The notes under the pieces: model-generated
What the model was told of the DNA's origin: nothing
Databases searched by the model: none
What the model saw: only the letters and a program-made list of their open reading frames with translations
Translations under genes and position numbers: made by a program
Shown: positions 24,930 through 36,921 of the stretch, piece after piece
How the letters are laid out: the number at the start of each line of letters is the position of its first letter
How positions within the stretch are numbered: position 1 is the first letter of the stretch
NCBI GenBank assembly: GCA_051047955.1
Contig: JBPGPT010000010.1
Coordinates: 62,001 to 126,000, forward strand
Source of the DNA: Cystobasidiomycetes sp. EMM_F5
Lineage: Eukaryota
DNA: 64,000 nt
Direction of reading: 5' to 3'

Positions 24930-25995
24930 TCACTTCCCGTCATCGCCATTCAGCGTATCCCATTCTTGTTTTATTACCTTGACGAAATCACTTGGTTCGT
25001 GACCGCTAGGGCATTGCTTCCATCCTCCATCGTGGACACATACCAGTCGGCCGTTGACGTAGATGGAGCAAGAGGTAGTGATACTGTACTTGTGCGACCG
25101 CGCAACTGAAACTTGGTATATCAGTCGTCTTCTCTAAATCCTCTGCTACGCACTTACCAGACTCTTGCAATAAGCGTCTACCCTCCTTCCCAGTGTAGCA
25201 TGCCGAGAAATCATCGTCCCACGAATAGTGGATGACATTTGCACATTTTCGAGCTAGACTCAGGTCGCCAATGCTGAAAAGTGAGACAGACATCAGACCA
25301 ATCCTGACAATAGCGTCAATGGGGATCAGTTCACCGGCCGACGTTGTCAAAGTTCTGACACAGGATGAAATTCCACCAGTCACGCTGCTCCTTGACATGC
25401 TCTCGGACGCAGAGTTGCTGCACATTCCCGTCGCACTCCGAAGGGCCGTGTTTGCTGCAGGTTATGCAGAATACGTTTTAGCCAGAGAGCCAAGCGATCC
25501 GAGAGTAAGAAACATGCCATGTCACGCCATAAGGCGAAGAGGACTTGTTCAAGCTGCCGATGTATACCGTGTCGAGGGCTACGAGGTCGGATACACTTGA
25601 TAAGGCTTTATCAATGACAGATTCGCAAATCTATAGGTCCCATGTTAATGGTGAGATAAAGTGGAGACGCTGATGCCACGTACTCCCGCGTCTGGACATC
25701 TGAGTTCGCGTTAGTTCAGCTTGGCCTAACATTGACGTATTTCAGAAAGCGCTTACTTTGACATGACACCTAGAGTGAGGGGAACGAGGACCTGATGCCC
25801 GTTCTGCCGCCCACCGTCGACATCGAATGCAATTTGGGGTGTGAATCCTTGCGAGCCGTAGAGATGCATCGTCTTCTTCGACGCAACATCTGCCACACCG
25901 TTCGCTTGAATATCTTGATTCGCCGGTAGGATAAGCATGGCATTTCTCCCTTGAATCGCCAAAGCCAGTCCAACCAAGAGAAGCTCGATAACCAT
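24930..25995 (-). CDS. GILT-like (gamma-interferon-inducible lysosomal thiol reductase family) secreted/vacuolar protein
   Basis: Signal peptide MVIELLLVGLALA; spliced LGVMSK|CPDAG, GVTC|KHGPSECDGNVQQLC, SCSIYVNGRLVCVHDGGWKQCP. Confidence 0.88.
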
Positions 25996-26214
25996 TGTAA
26001 GTCGTGACGATGTCAGTCTTCGCATGCTGGATGTTAGACAATCAGCCAGCTAGCTGCAATCAGTGCGGTTCCAAGCTCATCGCCACCTGCTGGCTGATCA
26101 AGTTATAGGCCGCGTTGGCTCATCGAGGTTGGCTTTGACCAGGTCTGCCTTTACAGACTGTCTTCAACTACTGCCACTCTGGATATCATTCCGTAAGCTG
26201 CCATCGACGAGGCC

Positions 26215-27793
26215 ATGTCGACTTTGCTGTGGACGTCGCCCAGGTCGTCGCCTGGTCCAGCCGGAGCTGCTGGTTCAGCGAGTGCGGCCTCAGCCAGCAG
26301 TCTGCTCGATATGCCGCACCCGTACCACCACCAGCATCCGCACCACTCTCATCAGGTATCTTTTGGCCAGGCAGCGTCGCCGTTCAGTCAGCTGCGAGCG
26401 GGCAGTCAGTCTTGGACCGGCTCAGGAGGACCGAGCGGGCAGGCTGCAGTAAGTCGCAGTACCGCCAGTGGGTCTGCCAACAGCTTTGGCTTTGGATTCG
26501 GGTATACTTCACCCTCCAATGTCACTCCCTACGGCGGTGTAGCCTCGACAAGTGCCTTCCCATTCCCATCAAGCTCGACCGTTCGCAGTTCAAACAGTTA
26601 CACTTCAACAAGCCAACTAAACAGCAGTCCTACCAAGCGCAGAAAGAGGAGATCAGAGTCTCCAAGTGATAATGGCTACATGCAAGAAGATGGTGCGAAT
26701 GAGCCCAATGACGACGAAAGGTTGCAGTCTGGCAAGCGTGTCAGAAGGGTGTTGCGACCGCTCAAGGGCCAAGTCGGAACGAGTGCTGCAGGTCACCTAT
26801 CTGCATCGCCGCCTCCGTCAAGCGAAGTCGATGTTGGCAAGGTGCTAGGTGCGTACAGTATCGGTTACTCAATAACTGCTGAAGCTGAGTGTCTTTCCCG
26901 TGCTAGCTTCTCTATCAAAGCCTGCTCTGTTGGGCATTCTGCACTCTTTACTCTCGCAACAGCCCGATCTCAAAGCTGTCATTACTTCACTCCTACCGGC
27001 ACCATCAATCGAAGCATTCACAGGCGCTTTAGCCGTAGCAGAGAGGAAGGTTCTAGACGCATTACCAGTCGGTAGTAACCTCCGCGATGAATACGTCTGG
27101 TCTCGCATTCGCACTCCACTCGAGGAATATGTTGCAGAAGCTCGAGCAGCACTCAGTCAATTCTGCATTCCCATATCTGCTGGCAGTACATCTACATTCC
27201 CGAGCGGGGACGAGGCATCGGCAGCGATCCATCCAGCGACCACTTTCAATTTCCTATTCGAGCTCACTCAGTCCGTACGCAAGCTAGAGGTGATCTTACC
27301 GAGAGCTCCACTACCCTTTGGCTCGTCATACGCTACAAACGCCACTTGCATTTCGTCATCGCCTCAGCCGTCCATCAACAATCCTTCGACACTCAACCCC
27401 CGAGATCCGCTCATCTCGTTCCTCCCTCCTCTCTTCAACCAATGGCACGTCTTAGCTACTCGATTATCCACTCTCGTCAACCAGAATGGCCACGTGCTCT
27501 CGGCAGACACGGTCAGACAATGGTTCAGACAGCTAGACGCCCTCGTTCAAGGTTCCGGCGGGTCACATGGTCACGTATCCCACTCTGACAATACTACCTC
27601 CATCGGTCGAAGAGCTTCCGAAGCCGTTCGGGAACGATTTGTCCGTGAACTCGGATGGCTGATTGGGCTGCGCTCGACTGTAATTGGGACGGCACAAGCA
27701 GCCGCTCCAGTTATACAGTCTGTAGCAAATCAGTTGCAGGACTCAAAGATGATGATGGGCACGGAAGATGATAATTCCGATGAGGAGTTGTGA
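26215..27793 (+). CDS. STS1: Nuclear proteasome tethering factor Sts1/Cut8
   Basis: NLS KRRKRRS; LASLSKPALLGILHSLLSQQPDL..LPAPS, RDEYVWSRIRTPL, ERFVRELGWLIG; one intron near 26849-26907. Confidence 0.8.
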
Positions 27794-28145
27794 TGCAGTT
27801 TGGTGGAGTCAATGTTGTCATTATTCTTAGTGCTGTCGTTGCTTGAACGAGATGCTGTGCATACATTTTGGACACGATGGCCAAGATGACTAGCACGTTG
27901 ACAGGCTACAAGTCAAGCATGGTGTGGGAAAGACATCGAGCAATTTCGCAGGCTGCTGCAAGCATAATGAGCAGAGAAAGCAGATGGCCCAGAGGGTATC
28001 CTTCAGTTGTTGAAGTCGAAGATGAGGGTGCAGTTTGACTGTCATGTTGGTACAGTGAAGCAGTCTGCGATCCTGCGCAGGATCAATATGCAAGACTTGT
28101 ACCGGTGTGAATGCGCTCGCGAGCTCCTCTCGAGTGATATACTAA

Positions 28146-30028
28146 TGCTGTCTGAAAATCATGGGACGAAAGCATTGCCGGGCTGCATCGAGCTTCGCAG
28201 ACTTACATGGGTGGAATGCAACAACCCCACGTTCCCGCCTGGCAGTGTCGCTGCGCGACTCAATCTGGATGTATGGCTGCAGATACTGAATCTTCTCAGC
28301 TGGCAAACGCACGACTTGAAAAACGTCAGCTTGACCTGTCGAGCTTTCTATCTGAGTCAGTGACATTGGTGGTAGGAGCGATAGCATGGCTTAGATTGAA
28401 TCTATCATCCAGTCACGCTCAGAATTGCAGTATGTCTCGATCTTGACACATACGACTTCAGCGAAGACGCTGTCGTCGAGACGCCAGACGACGATGATCA
28501 TATTGTGTCTCCTTATGTGTCACCTCGATGTCAATCAATACGCTTTCTGCGCTTCGCAAGCTTCGATTTCGAGTCTGATTTACTGCGGCCTGATTTGACT
28601 GGACTCCAAGGCTGGCTACTGGATCTTGTGCCACACTTGAACCCTTGGGCACGTCTGACCATAATCATCAATTTGATGGTTCCGTTCACAGGTGATTCCG
28701 CCAGCTTGGCTAGTATCCTAAGCTTTCTGTTTGGTCACCCTCACTTTGGATCAAGTCGCTTCATGATCCATATACGGACGTTCGAAAGTGACGCTGTACC
28801 CGAAGACGTTGCAGCAGCGATGTCAGGATTGATGACCTTCGACTCGGAGATACAATTGGATACACAGTACGACGAGCCAGACCCTGTGGATCTCTGCTGT
28901 CGCTGGCTGCAAGCCGGAGTACCGTTCGAGTTGTTGCGCTTATCCGGTGACAATCATATAGGGCTATATGGCGATCGGGGCCCAGGCTACGCTACTGCAA
29001 TGTGGTCAGTGACCGAAAGAGTGACATTGCGTCGCTGGCCCCTTCTAGATGGCACTGGAGGGGCCCCACGTCTGTCTGTGCTGCATTTAGACGAGCTTTC
29101 CGGCACCGAGTGTGCCAAACTCATGCAGACCCTTGTTGCGCCGCATCTAAGGTGTGTCAACGTCAAGCTACCCTTTGCGGACTTGAACGACTTTCTCGGC
29201 GCTCCGAGCAACCGTTGCCAAGTCGTGGGCGGATATCCCGGCTGTCCTCGCATCTCTTTGCTGAGCGTAAATCTTGGGCTGTTTGCAACTCTACCTCCAG
29301 ATGTGTTGAACGAAATTGGACAGAAGTATGCCACTTGGAGGGTACAGTCAACACAGCGCGGAGTGGAAGGCATGGTCTGTCTCACTTCGGAACTCCGGCT
29401 CTTGTCCCAGACGCTGCAGTATCCCAGCTTGTCCGCGTTTCGAAATGACCTCGTACGTGTAAAAGTCAAATACGACAGTCGCATCCATACTCTCGCCACC
29501 TTCTCGAAGCAGCCACTGTCATACGATTTGCTCCGGGTTTTCTGGGTGGATTTTCGGTCATTCGTTACAGCTGCCGGTACCGAACTCGACGCCCTCATGC
29601 TCACCGCAAGCGAGCAGCTGCGACGTATATCTGCGCCTCAGATGGTTGAGATAAGACTCGTAGTGTTTTTTGTGCCCAAACCATTGATGGAGAAGATCTG
29701 CCGACTTGTATCCGAAGCGATTCCTGTACTCAGACAGAATGCCATCTCATTACGGAGGATCGACCTATTTGGCATACTTCAGACAATGTCTGCGGAAGAA
29801 GCTCGGCAACTGACCGTTGATCTGAGAACGCGTCTCTGGCACAAAGGAATAAGACTTTCGCTCGGCTCGGACGCAGATGGGATGTCTGTCAAGTACGATG
29901 AGGAAGAGGAAGACGACGATGAAACACGACATCCTATTCTCCTCCTCAACAAAGGGCTCAAGGCACAGCCAACGTCAGACGATTTCCCCGTGGAACACTT
30001 GCCAGAGAAATTGCATGCACGCTTGTAA
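28146..30028 (+). CDS. F-box-like domain protein
   Basis: RLNLDVWLQILNLL..DLKNVSLTCRAFY (F-box), spliced over an intron at about 28356-28412 into the long ORF 28505-30028. Start codon uncertain. Confidence 0.65.
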
Positions 30029-30094
30029 CGGAGTGAAATTTTGGCACGAAAGTAGTCGAGAAATTGATTGGCGCATGTAGACGAGATTTCTTCA

Positions 30095-32242
30095 TTAGAC
30101 TTCCTGTTCGTCCTCCCACAATAATTGATGAGCATAACCTCGGGCCATGTTCCACACTCCCTTGCGCCTCTTCTCGACGCCGAGGATCTGGTCGCGGATC
30201 TCTCCAAGCCGATCTTGATACTCCAAGCTATCCGCCAAAAACTTGGTCAGATCACTAAGGCACGATTGTATAGTTTGCCTTTGTTGCATTTCGTCTAGTC
30301 TTAGGAAATGCTCTGCAACAGACTCGTTGTCGTCCAGTGGTTGCAGTACTGTGCTAGCCGTCCCATCGGCGCCTGTAGACGGAACATCAATGCTACCCGG
30401 AGTGATGAAGAGCCTGTCAACGTAAGGGAGGGGATTTGAGATCCTGTACACAGCAGGAGGTATCCGAGCAGTGACGAGCCTGCGTTGACTGTCGGCATCC
30501 TGATCCACCGAGTCACCAGATTCATCTTCGTCCTGGCCATCTCCGTTCGTTTCGATGTTTGCGTCGGCCTCTGGATCGTTGGTATTCTCAGCACTTTGCC
30601 CTGCCGCATCACCGTTCACGCCATTGACTTCAGCGTGCTGGGCATTTGCACCATCCGTGATTGTTTCGGGTTTCTTGTGCCCATTGATGACCGGTACAGA
30701 TTGCTCCGTTGTCTGTGCGGAAGCACCAGGCATGCTTTCAACGTGGCCATTTGGCCCATCTGACTGCTTAGCATCTCCGTTGATGCCTTTCAGTAGATTG
30801 CCATTTTCGATGCTCGTGTCTACCTGCTCAGACTTGATATGTCTGTCTTCCGAATTAATCGTCGTATCGATGGCCATATCATCTTGAGCTGCGACAGTTT
30901 CAGAAGCCGCGTTCTCTCCAGATTGTGTAGGCTGTTCAGCTTGATGCGTGTCAGAATGTCCGTTCGTAATTACGTTTGGCTGTGAATCATCGAGAGCCTC
31001 TTCGTCATTGACTTCTGCCGCTGCTACATACGGTTCATCGTCTCCGCTGAATGGCAAGCCTACGAGGCCGTCCGCACCAGCAACGGCTGTGCCTCGTAAA
31101 AAGTCTGTCAACCTCGTAAGAGCCCGAACCAGAGGCACATCCTGCTCGATCAGATCAGTAGTAGCCACCCCTAATTTTTCGAGTGTACGGTTCTTTGGCG
31201 AAAAAGTACGCGAGATTATGGAGGAAGTGACGAGTTCGACTGGATTTTGCGGTGGAAGAGGGATATAGGCACGGACGGGGATAGTCGTGTACGGTGCAGA
31301 AGAACCAGACGTCGTCGCGAGAGAGTCGTGATTGTGGAAACGCTTCCTTTTTCGTGATAGACCAGCTACTACATTGGTTGCTGCAGAGGTGACGTTTCCG
31401 TTTTCATCGAGATGAGATGTGAGTTGGCTGTATGGCGTTATGACCTCTCGATGTGTCGGTCTGTCTTGTCTCGCTGCCGTAGCGCTGTTTGAGGGAACGA
31501 GCGTGAGTGACGGAGTGATGGGATATGCATTAATCGGCAAGCGTCTATCTGGCAATCCGCCGTTGCCAGAGTTCTCCGTCGCCGAAGCACCTCGTGGAGC
31601 AGTCACCGACGGACTCGCAAAAGTCGACGTAGAGTGGAGCGGGTAGGAATTGTTTGATGGAAATGGTGCACGTGACTCGAAGACTTCTAGATTTTCCCAC
31701 CCTCCCATACGCCCTTTGCGAACAAACTTGCTGCCCGACTGCAGCTTGTTGCCTCTGTTTGAGAGTTTTGGTTGGCGGAGTATTCCGATATAGTCTGCGT
31801 CGCCGTCGTTGAAGCGGGATGCGGGGTTGTGCGAGTTGGCGGCAGTCGAGTAGGATGCGTCTACATCGTCCAGCGCGTACGCAGACGTGTATCCAACCGG
31901 ACCAGGATCATACCAAGCTTCACGGTCGTGCGAGGGGAGTGACAGCAGAAAGTGCTCTTCCTTTTTGGATCTCGGCGGATTGACGCCGTTTGCATTAGCG
32001 GCACTGATGTTGGCGTTGGCGTTTGCGCTGGATGCAAGGTTTCCGGAAGCGACTGCCGGTGTGGACGGGAGTGCGTGGTGGTGATGGTGGTGCGAGTGAT
32101 GGTGGTGGTGTCCAGCTTGAGGTGCATTATGTGCCCCAGGTGACGCTGGCGGCTGTCTATTCGAACTAGGCGTGGCCGCTGCTCCGACAGCTGCACCTTG
32201 GACAGGCTGGGTCGATACTGACTGTCTACGTTGGTGCTGCAT
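30095..32242 (-). CDS. RXT2: Rxt2-like Rpd3L histone deacetylase complex subunit
   Basis: 715-aa ORF with RXT2_N-like SNRGNKLQSGSKFVRKG and C-terminal EYQDRLGEIRDQI..RRKGVW; poly-His tract. Confidence 0.65.
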   Translation of the reverse strand: MQHQRRQSVSTQPVQGAAVGAAATPSSNRQPPASPGAHNAPQAGHHHHHSHHHHHHALPSTPAVASGNLASSANANANISAANANGVNPPRSKKEEHFLLSLPSHDREAWYDPGPVGYTSAYALDDVDASYSTAANSHNPASRFNDGDADYIGILRQPKLSNRGNKLQSGSKFVRKGRMGGWENLEVFESRAPFPSNNSYPLHSTSTFASPSVTAPRGASATENSGNGGLPDRRLPINAYPITPSLTLVPSNSATAARQDRPTHREVITPYSQLTSHLDENGNVTSAATNVVAGLSRKRKRFHNHDSLATTSGSSAPYTTIPVRAYIPLPPQNPVELVTSSIISRTFSPKNRTLEKLGVATTDLIEQDVPLVRALTRLTDFLRGTAVAGADGLVGLPFSGDDEPYVAAAEVNDEEALDDSQPNVITNGHSDTHQAEQPTQSGENAASETVAAQDDMAIDTTINSEDRHIKSEQVDTSIENGNLLKGINGDAKQSDGPNGHVESMPGASAQTTEQSVPVINGHKKPETITDGANAQHAEVNGVNGDAAGQSAENTNDPEADANIETNGDGQDEDESGDSVDQDADSQRRLVTARIPPAVYRISNPLPYVDRLFITPGSIDVPSTGADGTASTVLQPLDDNESVAEHFLRLDEMQQRQTIQSCLSDLTKFLADSLEYQDRLGEIRDQILGVEKRRKGVWNMARGYAHQLLWEDEQEV

Positions 32243-32315
32243 GCTGTGGATGAATAAAATGCCAGCTCTTCAGTGCCGTCACTCTGAGCTCGAGCCAGAC
32301 TGCATAGGACGCGGT

Positions 32316-32335
32316 AATGCAATGCAATGCAATGC
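32316..32335. repeat. (AATGC)4 microsatellite
   Basis: Seen directly; lies within a probable 5'-UTR intron (about 32244-32343) of the Rxt2-like gene. Confidence 0.8.
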
Positions 32336-32580
32336 CAACTCACCTGCGGCTTGGCTGGCAGAACAGCGTCGCCGTATGCAGCAGTTTTCAGAGATGTATC
32401 GTCCAAAGCTGTCCCGATATCCAGCTGGGTGTACGGATTCAAGCTCGAAGCGGCCCCTTATACGCCGGCAGAGGCCTGATCAAAGCTCAATCGTCCAAGT
32501 AGCCGCCGTGGAAGACACAGAATTTTGCCAGACTCGTCTTGCTTTTCATTTCACTCACACGCCTGATTGCACTCCAACAC

Positions 32581-35297
32581 ATGTCCCGCTCTCCCTCGCA
32601 GCTCCCGCCCGACCTCGTTCTCGTCACTGCTCTCTCGATCGACTCGCTGACGCTGAGACCAGCTCCGTGGGCAAACACTGGCAAATCTCAGCCAGCTCTC
32701 CTCGACATCTACATCTCCACTGACGTGTCCGCAGCGGGAGCTTCGGAAGATCTTACAAAGAGCATAAACTATTCCTTCATTTCAAAGGGACTTCGAAGTT
32801 TCTTCAGTCAACCAGCACAGACAGAGAGAGTATTTGATGTGCATGAACTAGCATCCACAGCTGCACAAGCCTGTCTGTATCATTTCGACACTCCTCTGCA
32901 AACCATCCAACAGATTCGTATAGTCGCAACACTCCCAGACGCGCTTCTCCACGGCGGAAAGCTGTCATCGAGTGCTACCCGTACATATAGCGATTATTTC
33001 GTTCAAGACAAGCATATCACTATCCTACCTTCATCCTCAAACCTTCGTCTTGACAACCTTCTCATCGAAGATCTGCAAATACCCACCATTCTCGGACTGA
33101 ACGACTGCGAAAGAGAGATTGAGCAGCCGCTCTGGGTAACGGCAGAGACTTGGCCAAACGACAGCGGAGTATTAGACAGTTCCAGTATGTCTTGGTGTGC
33201 AAAGACTCTGCAAGACACGATATGGCAGGTCCGTTACAATGATCTGTTCACAATTCACATGTCTGACAGGCGTCGATAGCACGTCCGCAAGACTAACCCG
33301 CTGCTTCTAGAGACGTTTTCTCCATCGTTGGCACAAGCCATCGTTGCGCGAACAGGCACGCCCAAAGTAAGGGTACGACTGGACAAGCCGAAAGCGAATC
33401 TGTGGACGAGAACGACGGGCGTACAAGTCACGCGGACAAAAGACTACTTTCTCCGTAATCCGCAAGCTGTACATGAGTCGTTCAGGACACTCGTCTCCAG
33501 ATCGACAGATAACGCAGGGATAGCATCTTCTGATAACATCGAGAAGAGTAGGCCTAGAGCCGATGGAGAACTCAACCACCCTCATACCGCTTATATAGCC
33601 ATCGGAGCAAATGTCGGAGATAGAGCGAAACACATCCGTCGAGCATTGAGATATCTGAACGATGCTAGACTGATGCAGTCAAGCTCGTCAGCCGGCACAT
33701 CCAAAGCTACGGAAGCATTCATAGCCGGTTCGATGGCTAGCACGCCAGTAAAGTCAGAGAATGACACATCACCCGTCAATGCGTCACTCCTATCACAAGC
33801 GCTGCAGAAGACGGCCAATGCTGTCAAGAACGTTGCGGGAAATGCCAATGAAGCCGGAAGGGTGGCCAGAGTTTCTGATTCAAGTTTCTTGTACGAAAGC
33901 GAGCCGATGTATGTGCTCGACCAGGATCGCTTTCTCAATTGCGTAGTCAAGGTATGATTATCACAACTATGCCCTACGTCGTGCAATGCTAACATGCCTC
34001 GTAGATCTCGACATCTCTTACCCCACAGCAGCTCCTCAAGCTCTGCAAGTCCATCGAGGCGCATATTGGACGTCGCAAAACAATCAATAAAGGTCCGCGG
34101 GAGATTGACCTCGATCTTTTACTATACTACGAAAATGGGTATCAACCCGTCATCCTGCGTGACGATGAAGTCGACCTTACGCTCCCTCACCCACTCATCT
34201 CCGAACGCGAGTTTGTTCTACGCCCGCTGGCCGACATTGACGAAGGACTCACAATTCCACAAAGCGGAGCATCCATCCGAGAATTGCTTGAGCGTCTTAT
34301 TGCCAAGACTGCGGGGCAGCCCAGTCAGTTGCGACAAGTAACGCCTGTGTCACTGTCGCAAGACACAAACGAGCCTTCTTTACCACTCCATCTATCGCTC
34401 TCATCACGGACACTCATCATGTCAATTCTAAATGTTACCCCAGACTCCTTCTCAGACGGAGGATCTTACTCATCCATCGATTCAGCGGTAGCAGCCGCAT
34501 TGGAGCACGCCAGAAGCGGAGCAGACATTATTGATATCGGCGGTGTCTCCACTCGACCTGGATCACAGCATGTCACTGAAGAAGAAGAATTAAAACGCGT
34601 CATTCCCGTCATCGAAGCTATTCGCGTTTCTGGGAGTGGTGTTCTGCTAAGTGTGGATACGTATCGAGCGAGCGTAGCCCGCAAAAGTATCGAAGCTGGA
34701 GCGAATATCATCAATGACATCTCCGGCGGTCTGCACGATCCTCTCATGCTCGAAACGGTCGCAGAGTTGGATGTTCCGTTCATTCTGATGCATATGCGGG
34801 GCAAGCCAGAAGAAGTAAACGTAGCTGCACACGCAGAATACGATAACGATGATCCTGTCAGTGGGGTCCGCAGAGAGCTGGCTGAAGCGGTCCGTAAAGC
34901 ACTTCATGCGGGTATCAAAAGATGGAATATTATTCTGGATCCAGGTATTGGATTCTCCAAGAACTTACAAGGCAATCTAGCTCTACTTCGCGCTCTACCT
35001 CAGGTCACCGGCAGAACATCATCAAATAACCTACTTTTACCGTCCGCCAGCTCACAGCCGGCGATGGATGATGCGGATTCTGCTCTTCTTCGCGGCTTTC
35101 CGGTACTAGTCGGTCTATCCCGTAAGAAATTCATCGGCACAATCACGGGACAATTAGACCCTAAGGAACGTGAGTACGGAAACGCCGCTCTGCACGCTAT
35201 AGCCATAGCCAATGGGGCCAACATCATCCGCGTCCATGACGTGCGAGCGGCAAAAGACGCAGCGGCTGTCGTCGATGCTCTTTATGGACGAACGTGA
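32581..35297 (+). CDS. FOL1: Trifunctional folate synthesis protein (DHNA-DHNA-HPPK-DHPS)
   Basis: DHNA DLTKSINYS and ILGLNDCEREIEQ; HPPK AYIAIGANVGDR, LYESEPMY, GPREIDLDLL, PHPLISEREFV; DHPS ILNVTPDSFSDGG, ILDPGIGFSK, GLSRKKF, IIRVHDV. Confidence 0.96.
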
Positions 35298-35326
35298 TTC
35301 ACGCGGCTGGGTATTCTTTCCGTACG

Positions 35327-36566
35327 TCAAGGCTTGGACGCGGCTTTGGTAGCGTACTTCGAATAGAAGGCATTGATGCTACCCCAATACCTATCGATGC
35401 CAAGATCAGCTCAAGCGCCTCCCTTGCAGCTGTTGCAGGGTCCTTACCGCTCCGGATCAGTTCTGGCATGAGCGACATGAGGACTCTTCCCAAACGCCTC
35501 CGTCTCGATAGTGCATCCATCCTGTCTCGCTCTCGCAATATGCTCTTCGATGTACTCCGGCGGCATCAGCTCATCCGTTTGTGAGTAGATGTACAACCTC
35601 GGCGCAACGACAGGTAATAGCTCTGGATTTCTCAAATCCAACTCTACTTTTCTCACGCCGTAGGGTTTCGGACGTAAGAGGTGGTAGTAGGCTTGTTCAG
35701 ACAGCCAGATGAGGACAATGATGGCATAAGCAGGATAGCGAGAGAATGGGCTCTTGAGGCCCGTTGTGAATGCGCGAAGAAAGCCGCGCAGAGCAGCCCC
35801 GCCCGGTAGAGAATCCATGACAAACGTGGAAGCCGGAAGAGGGCCCGCCAATTCTTGTTGGGTTTGCAGGAATTGAATGAGAGAGATAAGCTGTATAGCA
35901 CCACCATTGCTGAATGTATGCACATGAAGCCTTGGCGACCCGGATGAGCGCGTCAGACCTCGAGAGACAAGTTGCGTTATGACTGGCTGGAAGAAGGCTC
36001 TGTTGTCCTTTTCCGATTTCCAAAAGATGTCTGGAGATATGCTAGTCAGGCACACGGTCACTGCAAAAGCGTCTTGACTTACTCGACTTTGACATGACTA
36101 GTAGGACTTCGGACTGCGGAAAGAGCTTCTTGTACTGCTCTGTGTACTTTTGAACGTGGCTGCGGGGCGTGATCTGATTAGTTCGCGCAGGTGGAGACGC
36201 GATCAGAAGCTAAAGCTACTTGATCTTGCCATTCATCCAGCCAAATACTAGCACGAGCTGGACATACAAATCAGCATTTGCGCGATTGAGACTATTGTCG
36301 CTTACATCCGGGTCTGTCGTATCGCTCCTTCTCGCTATGGCGGCTTCTTGCAGCCATACATCGTTTCCCAGCTTTATCAACTGGTTTGATCTAGACCCTG
36401 ATGCTGTAGAAGTGGCCATTGTTTTGTACCGTCTCGGCAACGTATACGTATAAGGGCTTTGAAAGGCCACAAACTTGAGGTGAGCCGGCTGTTTGCAGTA
36501 AGGAACGCAGGGGCGATACGAGGATGGGATGTGTGAGAGCAGTCGATGTGAGTGTGACCGGAGCAT
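35327..36566 (-). CDS. DUF829/TMEM53-family alpha/beta-hydrolase-like protein
   Basis: LVFGWMNG, HVQKY, VHTFSNGG, MDSLPG, PRLYIYSQTD, FGKSPHVAHARTDPER|YW. Confidence 0.88.
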
Positions 36567-36921
36567 GCGATGATAAAGCGAGTGAGGAGTGCCCGGTACT
36601 CGGTGACCAAGAGTGCGATAGCGATATATGGCCGAAGTCGCGAGTATGCCAAAAAGCGATGGCGGAGACGCAAGCTTCAGGTTTCAACAAGGGCACATAC
36701 GAGCAGCATACGATATTGGTACAACGTATGGATGTCGTCAACAGCTTTGCAGCTTATCGTGCTTGCATCGATCAGGAGCACTGCAACTAATTCGTTTACA
36801 CGGAGAGACATGCCCGACTTTCCCGCTGTCTGAATTGATTAGCAATGCCGTAACGAGGATGCTGCAAACATATCCTGACCATATGCTGAAGTAATACCAA
36901 GATATCCTAGCAATATTGACA

